64,000 nucleotides of DNA from Pirellulales bacterium. Lineage in GTDB: Bacteria; Planctomycetota; Planctomycetia; Pirellulales; PALSA-1355. The position numbers and the translations under genes are program-made. Within the stretch, counting starts at the first letter, position 1, and each line of letters starts with the position of its first letter. The notes below the pieces were generated by a model. It had not been told where the DNA came from. It saw only the letters and a list, made by a program, of their open reading frames with translations, and made no database searches. Shown here in pieces: positions 39,985-50,114 of the stretch. The stretch covers positions 160,001 through 224,000 of the forward strand of contig CAVTBU010000009.1 in the NCBI GenBank assembly GCA_963733035.1, read 5' to 3'.

Positions 39985-42900
39985 TCAAAGTTCGAGCTCC
40001 AGCGATTCCACATCGCCTAGCAGGACAGAAACGAGTTCGTCTTCGACTTCCTCGCCGCTCAGCACTAGCATTGGCTCAGTCTCGTAAAGTGCAGTTGCCC
40101 GCCCAGTAGCCTGTTCCACCGCCAAAGCGTTCGCTCGTAGAACCACAACGGGCGCAACTACCGGATCGGCCACGTACAAATCGTTCCTTGCAAGGGTGAG
40201 CGCGAACGCCACGGAGTCGATCGTGTCAGCTGATGCAACAACGCTCAACTCATTTGCCACCAGCGCTCCGCCCGGCGGCGGGTTGACCGGCATGTAATAG
40301 GGCCACGGTGTCGTGCTGAATGTGTCGACGACGCTCACCTGCGTGGTGAAAGTCTGATCGGCGCCCGGATACGATCCGGGAAACGTCAATTGGATAAAGA
40401 ACGCCTGAGCGCCGGCACCGGCCAACGTCGACTCGGCACGGTACATACCGTCGGGCGATTGCGGCACCGTCGTGGACGTCCAAGTGACCGACGTATATGC
40501 CTTGCGAAAGTCGCGGGCGGTGGGATTCGTGGCGCGCCATACGACGACACTCGATGGAGTCGTGGTGGCGTCGACGGCAATCTGTCCGTCGGACCGAACG
40601 GTCCACGAGAACTCCGGCAGCGGCGCGTTCTGCACCACGGAATTGAAGAAGGCGACCGTGCTCTGACCGGCAATCGTGGAGGAAATGCCGTGCCCCGAAT
40701 TGGGCACGTAGCGCACATAGTTTTGCGTGCCGGGAATGTCGCTAAAGTAAAACTGTCCCGAATCCGGTACGAAGAATTCATCGCCCGAGGCGTTCAGCAG
40801 CAACTTTGGCATGTCGTCGAAGCGCCCGTTGTTCAAGTAGAAGTACGGGTCGATAACCCGGCCGAGCTCCTGCCCCTCGGGAGTAAAGGAATCCTGCACG
40901 ATGTTGAAGCCCACGTAGTCGTTGATGGCGGATGAAAAGCCGCCGTAGAACTCGTAATGATGCTTCATCTGCTCGTCGATGTTAAGTACGTCGATCACGC
41001 CCGGTATGATGGCCCGCACCCGATCGTCGACCGCGGCGGTGAGCCAGGTAGTCCAGCCGCGTTTGGAATAGCCGGTGACGACAAAGTCGTCGACGTGGCC
41101 CGAGGGAACAACCGTGGGCACGAACGACTGGGTGGCGTCCATGGCGGCCACGGCGCTTTTGACCATCGGCAACAGCGCGGGCCAGGTCTCGTTGCCCGGT
41201 TCGCCGAGGTGGTCCATGTATTGCCGGAAAGTATACGAGAGAATCTCATCTTCCGTGCGGCTGTTGCCGGGGTCGCCGGTGAAGATCAGCGGTTGGTTTG
41301 GAACCGTGGGCAGGTCGATCACAATGCTGCCCGTTTGCTCGGCAATGCTCACCAGTTGGGAGCTGACGGAAGTGGGCGCCGTGGCTTGCGTGGAGCCGCC
41401 GTCGATAAGCAGCAGCGCCGTGTTGGAACTGAGGCTCGCGCCGTTGGGCACGATGATCTGCAGCCAGTGCTGCCAGACCGGCTTATTGACGTCGGCCGTG
41501 CTTCGCCAGGTCTGGCTGGTCAGGTCAAGCACGTAGGCCGTGTAGGTACTGCCGTTGATGGTGCGGGCCAGCGAGTAGCCGTAACTGGGGTCGGGCGTGT
41601 TGACGTAGTCCTCGAGGACCGTGTTGCCGAGCGTGTCGATCTTCAGCGAAAGCGGCGTGCTCGTCCCCTCGTTGCCAGCGGAGTCGCTTGCCCGGGCGCG
41701 AATCTGCACGTAGTAAGCGGCGCCGCCAATGTTGGCCGGCAGTGCCGGCTGCAGTTGGAAATAGCCAAGTCCGTCCCATAGGCTGGCGGTGCCGTAGTTG
41801 AGTTCGCCCGGGTCCGAAAAATCGCCGTCGTAGTTGAGGTCGACGTCGACCGTCACATTGTCAAGCGGCACGCCATCGTCCGAACCCGTGACCGTCAGGT
41901 GAGGCGTGACGTCGTTCGATACCGTGACTGCGCTGGCGGCCGTTACCACCGGCGCCGTCGTGCTGAGCGTGAAATTGAGCATCGAGATGGCGTTTTGACC
42001 GTGCGCGTCCACCAGGTTGATACGCAATTGGTAGTCGCCATCGAGCAGCGGCCCGCCGTTTAGGACTTGGTAGAGCGCGCTATCGACCGTCAACGTGTTG
42101 CCACTCAAATAGCTCGAAACGTCGACGGGCCCGAGCCCGTTCAGCTCGGCAGTGAGGCTGGCAAGGCCCTTGGGCGCGTCGATCGTCGCTACCACGGTGG
42201 GATCGCTGGTCACCCCGTCGTTGTTGGTCGTTCCGCCGGGCGCTGTGTCGTTGGACAATTGTGCGGCAACGGAAGGCAGCTCCGAGGCCACGGAAATCCG
42301 GCTTAGGTAACCACCGTTCGTGCGGGCAATGATTTGATCGGCGGCGTTAACAAACTGGTTGCGATCGAAGTCGAGCGCATTCGTCAGTCCGACGTTGAAC
42401 GCCGGATTCAGTCGGGCAGCAATCTCATCGCCCGCATTCGTGACGAACAGTGTCGGGGGCGAACCGGCAAAATTATCGCCCACGCGGTTGCCAAAGAAAA
42501 ACCGATCGGACACCGCCAGCCCCGTGTCGTCGTTGGCCACGACGATCACCTCCAGCCACTCATTCAGAATCGCGCCCGCATTCCAGGTGACCGTCACCCG
42601 GTCGGCCCCGCCTTCGCCGGCGGCGGCACGCGCTTGCACGCCCGAGGGAGCGGGGGCCGCGGACCAATTATCGAGCGTGTTCGGATCGGTACCCACGCGA
42701 AACACGAAGTCGTCGGCCGAGATGCTCGGGTGCGAGCCGCTGATGTCGACCATGATGCCGTTGATGCCGCGCGAATAGCTGGTCGCGCTGGCCGGGGTGA
42801 CAACGCCCGAACCAGGAATGTAGGCCGACTTGTCGGGGGCGATTGCGGTGTCGTCCGATGGCGACGGCCCGGGCGTCTGCCCGTCGAAGCTCGACTCGTT

Positions 42901-43098
42901 GTAAAAGATGTGCCGCGCCACGACCTCCCCGGTCGCCGCCAACAGGCGCCGCGACTCGAGCTCTTCGACGCGCGGAGAAAACGACGACCACGCGCGGTTT
43001 GCGATGGAACAAAGCGGCGCTGCGCGCGTGCGAAAAACGAAACATTGCCCGGTCTCCTGGCTGGACAAATCGAAGCGGCGGTTCGAAATCGTCAGCAT
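39985..43098 (-). CDS. Large secreted protein: LEPR-XLL motif, FYN module, Ig-like repeats, PqaA-like alpha/beta hydrolase
   Basis: VEELESRRLL; LTSQTW, GYSKRGWTTWL, DEFF, PNSGH. Confidence 0.8.
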   Translation of the reverse strand: MLTISNRRFDLSSQETGQCFVFRTRAAPLCSIANRAWSSFSPRVEELESRRLLAATGEVVARHIFYNESSFDGQTPGPSPSDDTAIAPDKSAYIPGSGVVTPASATSYSRGINGIMVDISGSHPSISADDFVFRVGTDPNTLDNWSAAPAPSGVQARAAAGEGGADRVTVTWNAGAILNEWLEVIVVANDDTGLAVSDRFFFGNRVGDNFAGSPPTLFVTNAGDEIAARLNPAFNVGLTNALDFDRNQFVNAADQIIARTNGGYLSRISVASELPSVAAQLSNDTAPGGTTNNDGVTSDPTVVATIDAPKGLASLTAELNGLGPVDVSSYLSGNTLTVDSALYQVLNGGPLLDGDYQLRINLVDAHGQNAISMLNFTLSTTAPVVTAASAVTVSNDVTPHLTVTGSDDGVPLDNVTVDVDLNYDGDFSDPGELNYGTASLWDGLGYFQLQPALPANIGGAAYYVQIRARASDSAGNEGTSTPLSLKIDTLGNTVLEDYVNTPDPSYGYSLARTINGSTYTAYVLDLTSQTWRSTADVNKPVWQHWLQIIVPNGASLSSNTALLLIDGGSTQATAPTSVSSQLVSIAEQTGSIVIDLPTVPNQPLIFTGDPGNSRTEDEILSYTFRQYMDHLGEPGNETWPALLPMVKSAVAAMDATQSFVPTVVPSGHVDDFVVTGYSKRGWTTWLTAAVDDRVRAIIPGVIDVLNIDEQMKHHYEFYGGFSSAINDYVGFNIVQDSFTPEGQELGRVIDPYFYLNNGRFDDMPKLLLNASGDEFFVPDSGQFYFSDIPGTQNYVRYVPNSGHGISSTIAGQSTVAFFNSVVQNAPLPEFSWTVRSDGQIAVDATTTPSSVVVWRATNPTARDFRKAYTSVTWTSTTVPQSPDGMYRAESTLAGAGAQAFFIQLTFPGSYPGADQTFTTQVSVVDTFSTTPWPYYMPVNPPPGGALVANELSVVASADTIDSVAFALTLARNDLYVADPVVAPVVVLRANALAVEQATGRATALYETEPMLVLSGEEVEDELVSVLLGDVESLELEL

Positions 43099-43279
43099 TT
43101 CTATATGACCGCCTGGCCAATTCCTGGCCAGTATAGCAAAATCGCACACAACTTGCGTCGCTTCACCACGGTGCCAACAGGACCACCACCTGCAATGAGA
43201 AACGATCCTCGGCCAGTGCTGCCGAGGATCGTTTTGTGGGGTGAATCGCTTTTTTTGAGCGGACTTGTGCCCGAGCCGA

Positions 43280-46200
43280 CTACGTCAGAGCGTCGCCGAG
43301 AAGTTCGAGCGCCGTTTCGTCGACTTCGTTCGCATCGCCAGTTGAAAACAGCTCGTCGAGACCATCGGCGGCATACGACCAATCGGCCGCCAGGGCCCAG
43401 TCGACCTGGGCGGCGCCCAGCGGAGCGGCTTTCGCCAGGACTACGGCCGGAGCAGGTGACTCCGCGTCGGCGGTCACGCTTTTGGCCGGTACTGTCAGCG
43501 ACGCGGCCACGGCGTTTCGCAGGTCGTCGCTTGGTTTACTGGCCAGCGCGTCGCTTGTGCCTAACGGCCGCGCGAGCGGGGCGGGAGGGGGAGAAATCTG
43601 AATGCGCGGCAGGACGCCGGCATTGGTATGGACGATAAACCGATCGTCGAGCGAGCCGTTCCGGTTGATGTCCAAGTTGCTGGTAATCGGGAGGTTCCTG
43701 TATTGCGTCGCCGTACGCACCGCGATCTCGTCCGCCGCGTTGGTGACAAAATAATTCGCCGGCGTGCCTGCCAGCGTATCGCCAATCCGGTTGCCGAAGA
43801 AGAATTCGTCGGGGGACGAAAGGCCCGTGTGGGCGTCGGCCGCGACGATCACTTCGAGATAGGTGTTCTTGATCGCGCCGTCGGGCCAGACGATTTCCAC
43901 GCGGTCGGATCCGCCGTCTCCCTGGCCCGGCAGCACCACCACGGCCGATGGCGCGGGCGCCGCCGCCCAGGTATCGGGTGCGTTGTTGCTTCCCACGCGG
44001 AAGATGAAGTCGGCGGCCGTGATATCCGGATGCGAACCGGCGATGTCGACCATGATGCCGTTAATACCACGCGAGTAGCTGGTGACGTTTTGCGGCCCAG
44101 CCAGGCTGCCATTGGGGAGCAGGGCTTGTTTGTCGGTGGCGATGGCGAACACATCGAAGGGACCAACGCCGGAAATGTTACCGTTGAAGGTCGAGTTGTC
44201 GTAGAAAACGTGCCGGCCGGCGATGACGGTCTGAAAGGTGGCACCAGATTCAAACGCCCCGATGTCCACATGCCGTCCAACGACGCGACTGTACCCCGCG
44301 CCTCGTTGATCGAAGGGCGTCGGTGGATCGGTTGCGTTGGGATCGAACGCCGGATCGCCGGCGTTGATGGCCGGGCTGTCGTCGACAAGCTTGTGCGTCT
44401 GCGTCGGCCCGCCGTTGTCGGCCAGGTTGGTGTCGAGAATTGCGTGGACATCCAGTGCGTGCCCGCTCCCATCGCCGACTATGTTGCCTCTTGTGCCGTA
44501 CACTAAACCGCCGGCTGTTTCCGGATCGGCAATCAGATTGAACGAACTCGCCAGATCGATCTGCCCGCCATCGAGTTGGATATCGCTGGCGGTTGCTGGC
44601 ATTGCATTTGTGAGTCGATTGCCGGCAATGATCGTGCTAGTTAGCATGGTCGTTCCACCCGCCAGGTCGAGCCCACCTCCGGTACCGAACCCATCTCCGT
44701 CCGCATCCGCTTGGTTAACCGCAACCGTGGTATTTGACAGAGTTAGCTGGGTAGTGGCGCCGCCGGTATAAACCCCGCCGCCCGAGGCACCCGCCGCATT
44801 GCCTGACAGAGTGCTGCTGGCCAAGGTCGCAATGGAGCCAGCCGCGTTATAGAGGCCGCCTCCCTCGACGGCCGCCTGGTTTACCGACAAGGTGCTGTCG
44901 GCGACAGTGACCACTGCCTGGTTGGCATTGAAGATCGCGCCGCCGCTGGCCGATGCCGTATTCTCACTGAGCGTGCTACTCGTGATTTGACACTGCGCCG
45001 CCTGCAGGTTGTTGACACCGCCGCCGTATCCGTTGGTGGCCGCGTTCCCGGAAATCGTACTCAACGCAATCTGCAGCACACTGTTGTTACCCATGTTAAA
45101 AACTCCGCCTCCGCTGGCGGCGGAATTGCCGGTGAGCGTGCTACGCTCAAGCACCGTGACGCTACCGTGGGAAACTCCACCGTTATTGATTCCGCCGCCC
45201 GAATTGTTGGCCGTGTTGCCCGAGAGGATGGTGTCGGTCACGGCGACAGCTGCTATTGCTATTTGGGGAAAAACCGAATAGTTGTCGATGGCGCCGCCAC
45301 GGTTTGTCGCGGTGTTGTCTGACAGGGTACTGGCGTTTATCGTTGTCGTTCCCGCACTGATGGAGATTGCGCCACCGTTTTCCGCGACGTTGGAGGAGAT
45401 GTTGCTAGAGTTGATCGTCAATTCTCCACTGCCAGCGGCGTAGATTCCCCCACCGGACGCTGCGGAGTTGCCCGTGATCGTGCAATCGTTGATGGTCCCC
45501 CCGCCGATTTGGATCGCGCCGCCGTAACTTTCCGCAGAGTTGTTTGAAAGAGTGACGCGTGAGAACGATGCCAGACTAGCGTAAACTGCTCCGCCAAAGC
45601 GGCTCGAATTGCCCGTAAGCGTGCTGTCACTCATGGATAAGAGGCTGTATCGTGTCCCTGTGTCATCGTAGATGGCCCCGCCCTCGTCTTGTGCTGCGTT
45701 GTCGGAAAACGTGGTCTCCTCAATCGTTAGCTCCGGCAAAAGGTGTGGCGCGATTAGGCTGATCGCGCCACCAATGATTGCGCGGTTTCCCACAAATACG
45801 CAATTGTTAACCCTCACTCGGGCATCCACATCGGCTAGTGCGCCACCGCGACCGCTCCAACCGCCAGTAAGTGTGAGCCCCTCGACGTCGAGGGACGCCC
45901 CGCTGTGTGCATCGAGAATCCGGTCGCCGTAGCCGAGGCTGGGGTCAACCAGGCCGGAAGCGTCGATCGTCGTCGTGTCGGCGCCCGCGCCGACGATCGT
46001 GACGCTGCCGCTACTGAGAATGTCCAAGTCGCCCGTGAGCGCGGCATCTTCATTCGCCCCTTGGATTGTCAAGGTATAGGTGCCGGCGGGGAGCACGATC
46101 TGGTAGTCATTCGGCGAGGCGTTTGCTTCGAGCACGGCTTCGCGCAAGGAGACGAGGCCGTCGTTCGGATCGATGACGTCCTGGGTGGTGGTCACTTCGA

Positions 46201-46348
46201 CCACCGTGGCCGTCAGCAGGTGACGCTGTTCGAGGGCTTCGAGTCTGAGGCTGGAAAACCGGCTGGAAGCGAAATTGCGGGAACGTGCAAAACGCTGGGG
46301 GCGCGCAACAGCGCATGGTCCGCGCGGGACCGTTCGATAGGTCGACAT
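43280..46348 (-). CDS. Large secreted beta-helix protein (CSLREA / Pmp-like GGAI repeats / choice-of-anchor Q-like)
   Basis: LEALEQRHLL, VSLREAV, many NxAxxGGAI repeats, LADNGGPTQT...DQRG...DIGAFE. Confidence 0.85.
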   Translation of the reverse strand: MSTYRTVPRGPCAVARPQRFARSRNFASSRFSSLRLEALEQRHLLTATVVEVTTTQDVIDPNDGLVSLREAVLEANASPNDYQIVLPAGTYTLTIQGANEDAALTGDLDILSSGSVTIVGAGADTTTIDASGLVDPSLGYGDRILDAHSGASLDVEGLTLTGGWSGRGGALADVDARVRVNNCVFVGNRAIIGGAISLIAPHLLPELTIEETTFSDNAAQDEGGAIYDDTGTRYSLLSMSDSTLTGNSSRFGGAVYASLASFSRVTLSNNSAESYGGAIQIGGGTINDCTITGNSAASGGGIYAAGSGELTINSSNISSNVAENGGAISISAGTTTINASTLSDNTATNRGGAIDNYSVFPQIAIAAVAVTDTILSGNTANNSGGGINNGGVSHGSVTVLERSTLTGNSAASGGGVFNMGNNSVLQIALSTISGNAATNGYGGGVNNLQAAQCQITSSTLSENTASASGGAIFNANQAVVTVADSTLSVNQAAVEGGGLYNAAGSIATLASSTLSGNAAGASGGGVYTGGATTQLTLSNTTVAVNQADADGDGFGTGGGLDLAGGTTMLTSTIIAGNRLTNAMPATASDIQLDGGQIDLASSFNLIADPETAGGLVYGTRGNIVGDGSGHALDVHAILDTNLADNGGPTQTHKLVDDSPAINAGDPAFDPNATDPPTPFDQRGAGYSRVVGRHVDIGAFESGATFQTVIAGRHVFYDNSTFNGNISGVGPFDVFAIATDKQALLPNGSLAGPQNVTSYSRGINGIMVDIAGSHPDITAADFIFRVGSNNAPDTWAAAPAPSAVVVLPGQGDGGSDRVEIVWPDGAIKNTYLEVIVAADAHTGLSSPDEFFFGNRIGDTLAGTPANYFVTNAADEIAVRTATQYRNLPITSNLDINRNGSLDDRFIVHTNAGVLPRIQISPPPAPLARPLGTSDALASKPSDDLRNAVAASLTVPAKSVTADAESPAPAVVLAKAAPLGAAQVDWALAADWSYAADGLDELFSTGDANEVDETALELLGDALT

Positions 46349-46614
46349 GGCTCTTCCTCTGTCCGTAGGAACGCGATAACGAAAATAAGACGCACTTCGC
46401 TCGGCCGGACTCTCGCGTTGCCCTCGCGAGCCTCTTCGTCCTGCCAACTGTCGACCCGATTTTCGTCCGCGTGGGCCACGCGAAAAATAAACGATCCAAA
46501 AGGAGGCGGCCCACACGCCACCCGTCAGAGTAAAGGAACCCGCTAGCTTTGTCCAGAGAATTCCGGGCAAAAAGTTCGGTGAGCCAAGCGATAGTGAACG
46601 CGACGATCAGACGC

Positions 46615-47036
46615 CTACGTCCACAGGTTCCGGTCGAGCGTGCGGTAGTTGATCGCCTCGCTGATGTGCTCGGGACGGATCGACTCGCTGGACTCGATGT
46701 CGGCGATGGTACGGGCGAGGCGCAGGATTTTGTCGTGCGCCCGGGCCGAAAGGCCGAGTTCGGTCATCGTGGCGCGAAGGAGATTCATACAGGGGTCGTC
46801 CAAGGGGCAGAACTGCCGAATCTGCCGGTGCGTCATGCGGCCGTTGTGACGGGTGCCAGTTCCGGCGAAGCGAGCTTGTTGCACTTCGCGGGCGGCTTCC
46901 ACGACCTCGCGCATCTGGGCGCTGGAGGTGCCCGGCGTTTTCGCCGAAAGTTCGCGGAAGGGAACGGCCGGCACTTCGATTTGGATGTCGATGCGGTCGA
47001 GCAGGGGGCCGGAAATCTTGGCCATGTAGCGTTCGA
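46615..47036 (-). pseudogene. comM: 3' fragment of a YifB/ComM Mg-chelatase-like ATPase, interrupted by the island
   Basis: VERYMAKISGPLLDRIDI...LGLSARAHDKILRLARTIAD...HISEAINYR; an in-frame TAA and unrelated sequence lie immediately upstream. Confidence 0.92.
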
Positions 47037-47041
47037 CTTAC
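47009..47041 (-). repeat. att-like site 1 (comM/island junction), 33 bp
   Basis: ccggaaatcttggccatgtagcgttcgacttac is the exact reverse complement of 52701..52733. Confidence 0.9.
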
Positions 47042-47231
47042 GGAACCTTAGAAAACCTTACGCCGGAAATGATCGAAGCTTTAGGGGTCATTGATCGGGT
47101 GTTCGACGGCTCGGCTATCCCCCAGGAGAAGCCACCCAGCCCCATGCCTAAGGCAATCTAACCGTTTCCGCCGCATTCGGGGCCACGGAGGGCGCGGGTG
47201 CACCACCTACGCAACAGGGAGATTGACGACG

Positions 47232-48014
47232 ATGTGTCTAGTTGAATCAATCGACCGGGCAATTGAGTTTGTCCGTGAACATGAGCTGCTAATGACGGAG
47301 GACGATGTGGATGAGCTAATACGGATCGCGGGCAGGGTCGTCGAGTTGGCTTTCCGCAGCGGCCTTCATTATGTTCTGCCGGGCATCGACATGCGTTCGC
47401 TGGTTGAATATCCCAGCGTGTCGGAGCCTCCCGTTGTATTGTCCGCCCTCAACGTGCCGGGCGATTGGAGTCGTGATGTTCTTAACCTGGAGGGTGAAAC
47501 ACTTGAACGTGCGTTTCTGCCGTGCGTGCCGGACCGTTGGTACGAAGCAATGATGATTCTACGATCTCTGGCCTGCCGTGACGCTCCTGCGGAGGAGCCG
47601 AACCAGCCCCAACCCAAGAAGCCCAAGGCAAAGGGCATGGGCCGAGAGGAGGTATTCAAGCGACTGGTGGAGCTGTGGCAGCAGGGAGAGCCGTTCACCA
47701 CTTGTGAGGAAATGGCTGAGCGGTTTGGTTGTTCTGATACCACCGTCCACCGAGCAATCCAGCGCAGTGAGAAGCTAAAGGCTTGGGCTGCGAAAGGGCC
47801 GAAGCGTACCCAACGGCTCGATGACGTAGTGCTAGACCGGACGGCTCAGAGCCGGGAGCCCGCACCGGACGATGACGCCCAATTGCGAGAATTGATTGAA
47901 CAGGCCGAACCGTCTTTGCGAGCATTCTTACACACAGTGCCACCCGAGAAACTGCGGCAGATGTCGGCCGATGATTTGAAGCAGCTAGTAGTCAATCCTG
48001 AGTGCAGAGCCTAG
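47232..48014 (+). CDS. Hypothetical protein with C-terminal HTH (putative regulator)
   Basis: TCEEMAERFGCSDTTVHRAI HTH pattern; GGAGA RBS. Confidence 0.65.
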   Translation: MCLVESIDRAIEFVREHELLMTEDDVDELIRIAGRVVELAFRSGLHYVLPGIDMRSLVEYPSVSEPPVVLSALNVPGDWSRDVLNLEGETLERAFLPCVPDRWYEAMMILRSLACRDAPAEEPNQPQPKKPKAKGMGREEVFKRLVELWQQGEPFTTCEEMAERFGCSDTTVHRAIQRSEKLKAWAAKGPKRTQRLDDVVLDRTAQSREPAPDDDAQLRELIEQAEPSLRAFLHTVPPEKLRQMSADDLKQLVVNPECRA

Positions 48015-48021
48015 GCCCAGC

Positions 48022-48085
48022 AGAAACGTTTCTCAGGCATTTCTCCGCAAAAACACGGCATTTCTAGCAAAAACCGGAAACGTTT
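48022..48085. promoter_or_regulatory. Putative operator cluster
   Basis: Palindrome agaaacgtttct (48022-33), aaacgttt (48078-85), and a tandem ggcatttct..gcaaaaac pair between them. Confidence 0.5.
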
Positions 48086-48133
48086 ACCACCTATAGAGGC
48101 CCGCGATTTTGGGCTGGAAAGGATTGGTGAACG

Positions 48134-48355
48134 ATGAACGACGGTACTGCTCCCCGGCTGCGTACGCCGGGCATTATCGCTGTGGAGTTAAAGGCTCCAC
48201 TCTCCCGAGTGCTCTACGTCTTACGCACTCGCCCCCACATTCGTCCGGCTGCCTACGCTGGCACGATCCGCCTCTACCGCGAAGACGCTGTGGCGATGGT
48301 CCGCCATGAGCTCAACGCGATTGACTCTAGAAAGGGGGGCCGAAGCGATGCCTAA
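48134..48355 (+). CDS. Small DNA-binding protein (excisionase/AlpA-like)
   Basis: 73 aa, TPGIIAVELKAPLSRVLYVL...GTIRLY winged-HTH pattern; overlaps the helicase start. Confidence 0.6.
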   Translation: MNDGTAPRLRTPGIIAVELKAPLSRVLYVLRTRPHIRPAAYAGTIRLYREDAVAMVRHELNAIDSRKGGRSDA

Positions 48356-49943
48356 GCGTGACGACTGCAGGAGGGAAGACCCTATTGCGAAGCGGCCCGA
48401 GTTCAAAAAACGCCTCAAAGAAGCTGAACTGGCATACCAGGTGCGTGACAAGAGGAGCATAGGTGAAGAGCTTACGCCAGAGGAAGAAGACATCTACCTG
48501 TTGGACGTTGCTCGACGTACGGAGCAAGCCCTATCCAAGAGAGATCCAAACGCCAAGTCACCGGCTCGTGCACCACTCCTCACGAGGCGGACGAAACACG
48601 ACTCAACCGATGAGCAAAAACTAGATCGGCTCCGACGTGAATGTGCGGAGTTTAACGGACCACCGACCCTTGGCCCGCACGGTGACCTGCGCACGATGGC
48701 CCAGGTGTTGGCTTTGCTTCAACATGCCACGCCATTGCGTGACGCGTTCCTGGAGGGAGTTGGTATTCCACCGTCCGCTCTCTCAGTCCGTGTTTGTGAC
48801 CGACTATCCCACGGGATTTTGGAGGATCTTGACCGCACGGAGGCGTCAGGAATCTGGGATATACCCTGGGAGAAGCTAGAGATTGATCGCCAGGAACGTC
48901 GTCCACGCCAAGGCATCAACACCCGTCGATTGTCGGACGTTTTGGCCCATGAAGTCGAATGGCAGTGGCCAGGCGTGACCGCCCTAGGAAAGTTGACCCT
49001 GTTCAGCGGCAATCCAGGCGTGGGTAAGACCTGGCTGGCGTTGGATATCATAGCCCGACTTACAACCGGTCGCCCTTTTCCGCTCCAGGCGAATCCGCCC
49101 AACGTTGACCGTAAATTTCCAAAGGGTGAATTACTTGTCGGCGGGTCAATCCGGCGCAATGCGTTGTTCATAAGTGCGGAAGACGCAGACGAAGATACCG
49201 TCAAGCCACGAATCGAGCTACTTGGTGGCGATTCGACGCGGATTCACACGTTGGACTTCATTTTTGAGAACCGCAATAGAAGAACCCTCTCGCTCGCGGA
49301 CCATATCAACTATTTAGACAAGTGGCTCTTTTCTGAGCCGATGGTTGAACTCGTGGTGATTGACCCGCTAACCGCGTTCCTGGGGAAAACAGACAGTCAC
49401 AAGAACGCGGACGTGCGAGCCGTCTTGGAGCCGTTATCGAAAGTGGCGGAAAAACGACGCGTAGCCATCATCGGCGTCAACCATCTCACCAAGGGAACGG
49501 AAGGATCAGCCGTACATCGCTCGATGGGCTCGATTGGCTTTATGGCTGCTGCCCGAGTCGCATGGCAAGTCACTGCCGATCCTGATGAGCCAGACCGTAG
49601 CCTAATGCTGCCCGTCAAGGTCAACATCGGGAAGACCCCACGGGGCTTAGCGTTTCGGCTCAGCGAAACGACCGGCATCGAGTGGGAACAGGAAAGCATT
49701 GATCTGACCGCTGACGAAGCCCTCAACGGACCACGCGAGAGCAAGCTTGACGACGCTAAGGACTTCTTGCGCAACCTGCTGCGAGAGGGGCCAATGCCTG
49801 CGACGGCGGTGGAGGACGCAGCCGCGAAGGCAAGAATCTTCGGATCGACACTCAAGACCGCCAAACGGCAACTCGGCATCAAGTCCGAAAAGAGCCCGGC
49901 ACCGAACGGCGGTTGGGAGTGGCGGCTACCGGAGCGTCGGTAA
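48348..49943 (+). CDS. AAA_25 / RepA-type replicative helicase
   Basis: EWQWPG..ALGKLTLFSGNPGVGKT (Walker A), SAED, VVIDP (Walker B), HLTK, GSIGF, KVNIG. Confidence 0.85.
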   Translation: MPKRDDCRREDPIAKRPEFKKRLKEAELAYQVRDKRSIGEELTPEEEDIYLLDVARRTEQALSKRDPNAKSPARAPLLTRRTKHDSTDEQKLDRLRRECAEFNGPPTLGPHGDLRTMAQVLALLQHATPLRDAFLEGVGIPPSALSVRVCDRLSHGILEDLDRTEASGIWDIPWEKLEIDRQERRPRQGINTRRLSDVLAHEVEWQWPGVTALGKLTLFSGNPGVGKTWLALDIIARLTTGRPFPLQANPPNVDRKFPKGELLVGGSIRRNALFISAEDADEDTVKPRIELLGGDSTRIHTLDFIFENRNRRTLSLADHINYLDKWLFSEPMVELVVIDPLTAFLGKTDSHKNADVRAVLEPLSKVAEKRRVAIIGVNHLTKGTEGSAVHRSMGSIGFMAAARVAWQVTADPDEPDRSLMLPVKVNIGKTPRGLAFRLSETTGIEWEQESIDLTADEALNGPRESKLDDAKDFLRNLLREGPMPATAVEDAAAKARIFGSTLKTAKRQLGIKSEKSPAPNGGWEWRLPERR

Positions 49944-49959
49944 TGCTATCCCGCGACCC

Positions 49960-50114
49960 CTTCACCCCCTTCGACTCCTTCGACAAATCTCCCACAAAAT
50001 TTGGGGGTAATCGAAGAAGGTGGTTTCACCCCCTTCGACTCCTTCAACTCACCAATTTTTGAAGGGGGTGAAGAAGGTGAAGGGGACGAAGGGGGTGAAG
50101 AAGACGAAGAAAGT
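49960..50114. repeat. Convergent 9-bp iteron array (putative replication origin)
   Basis: CTTC at 9-bp spacing (49960/69/78; 50024 variant/33/42) facing six GAAG-headed 9-mers (50061/70/79/88/97/106), with A/T-rich spacers. Confidence 0.75.

Noticed and set aside
44700..45860. Repetitive DNA in the large secreted gene
   Set aside because: Explained by GGAI/NxA beta-helix protein repeats.
49960..50114. Possible CRISPR array
   Set aside because: Units are 9 bp with no unique spacers and no cas genes; an iteron interpretation fits better.
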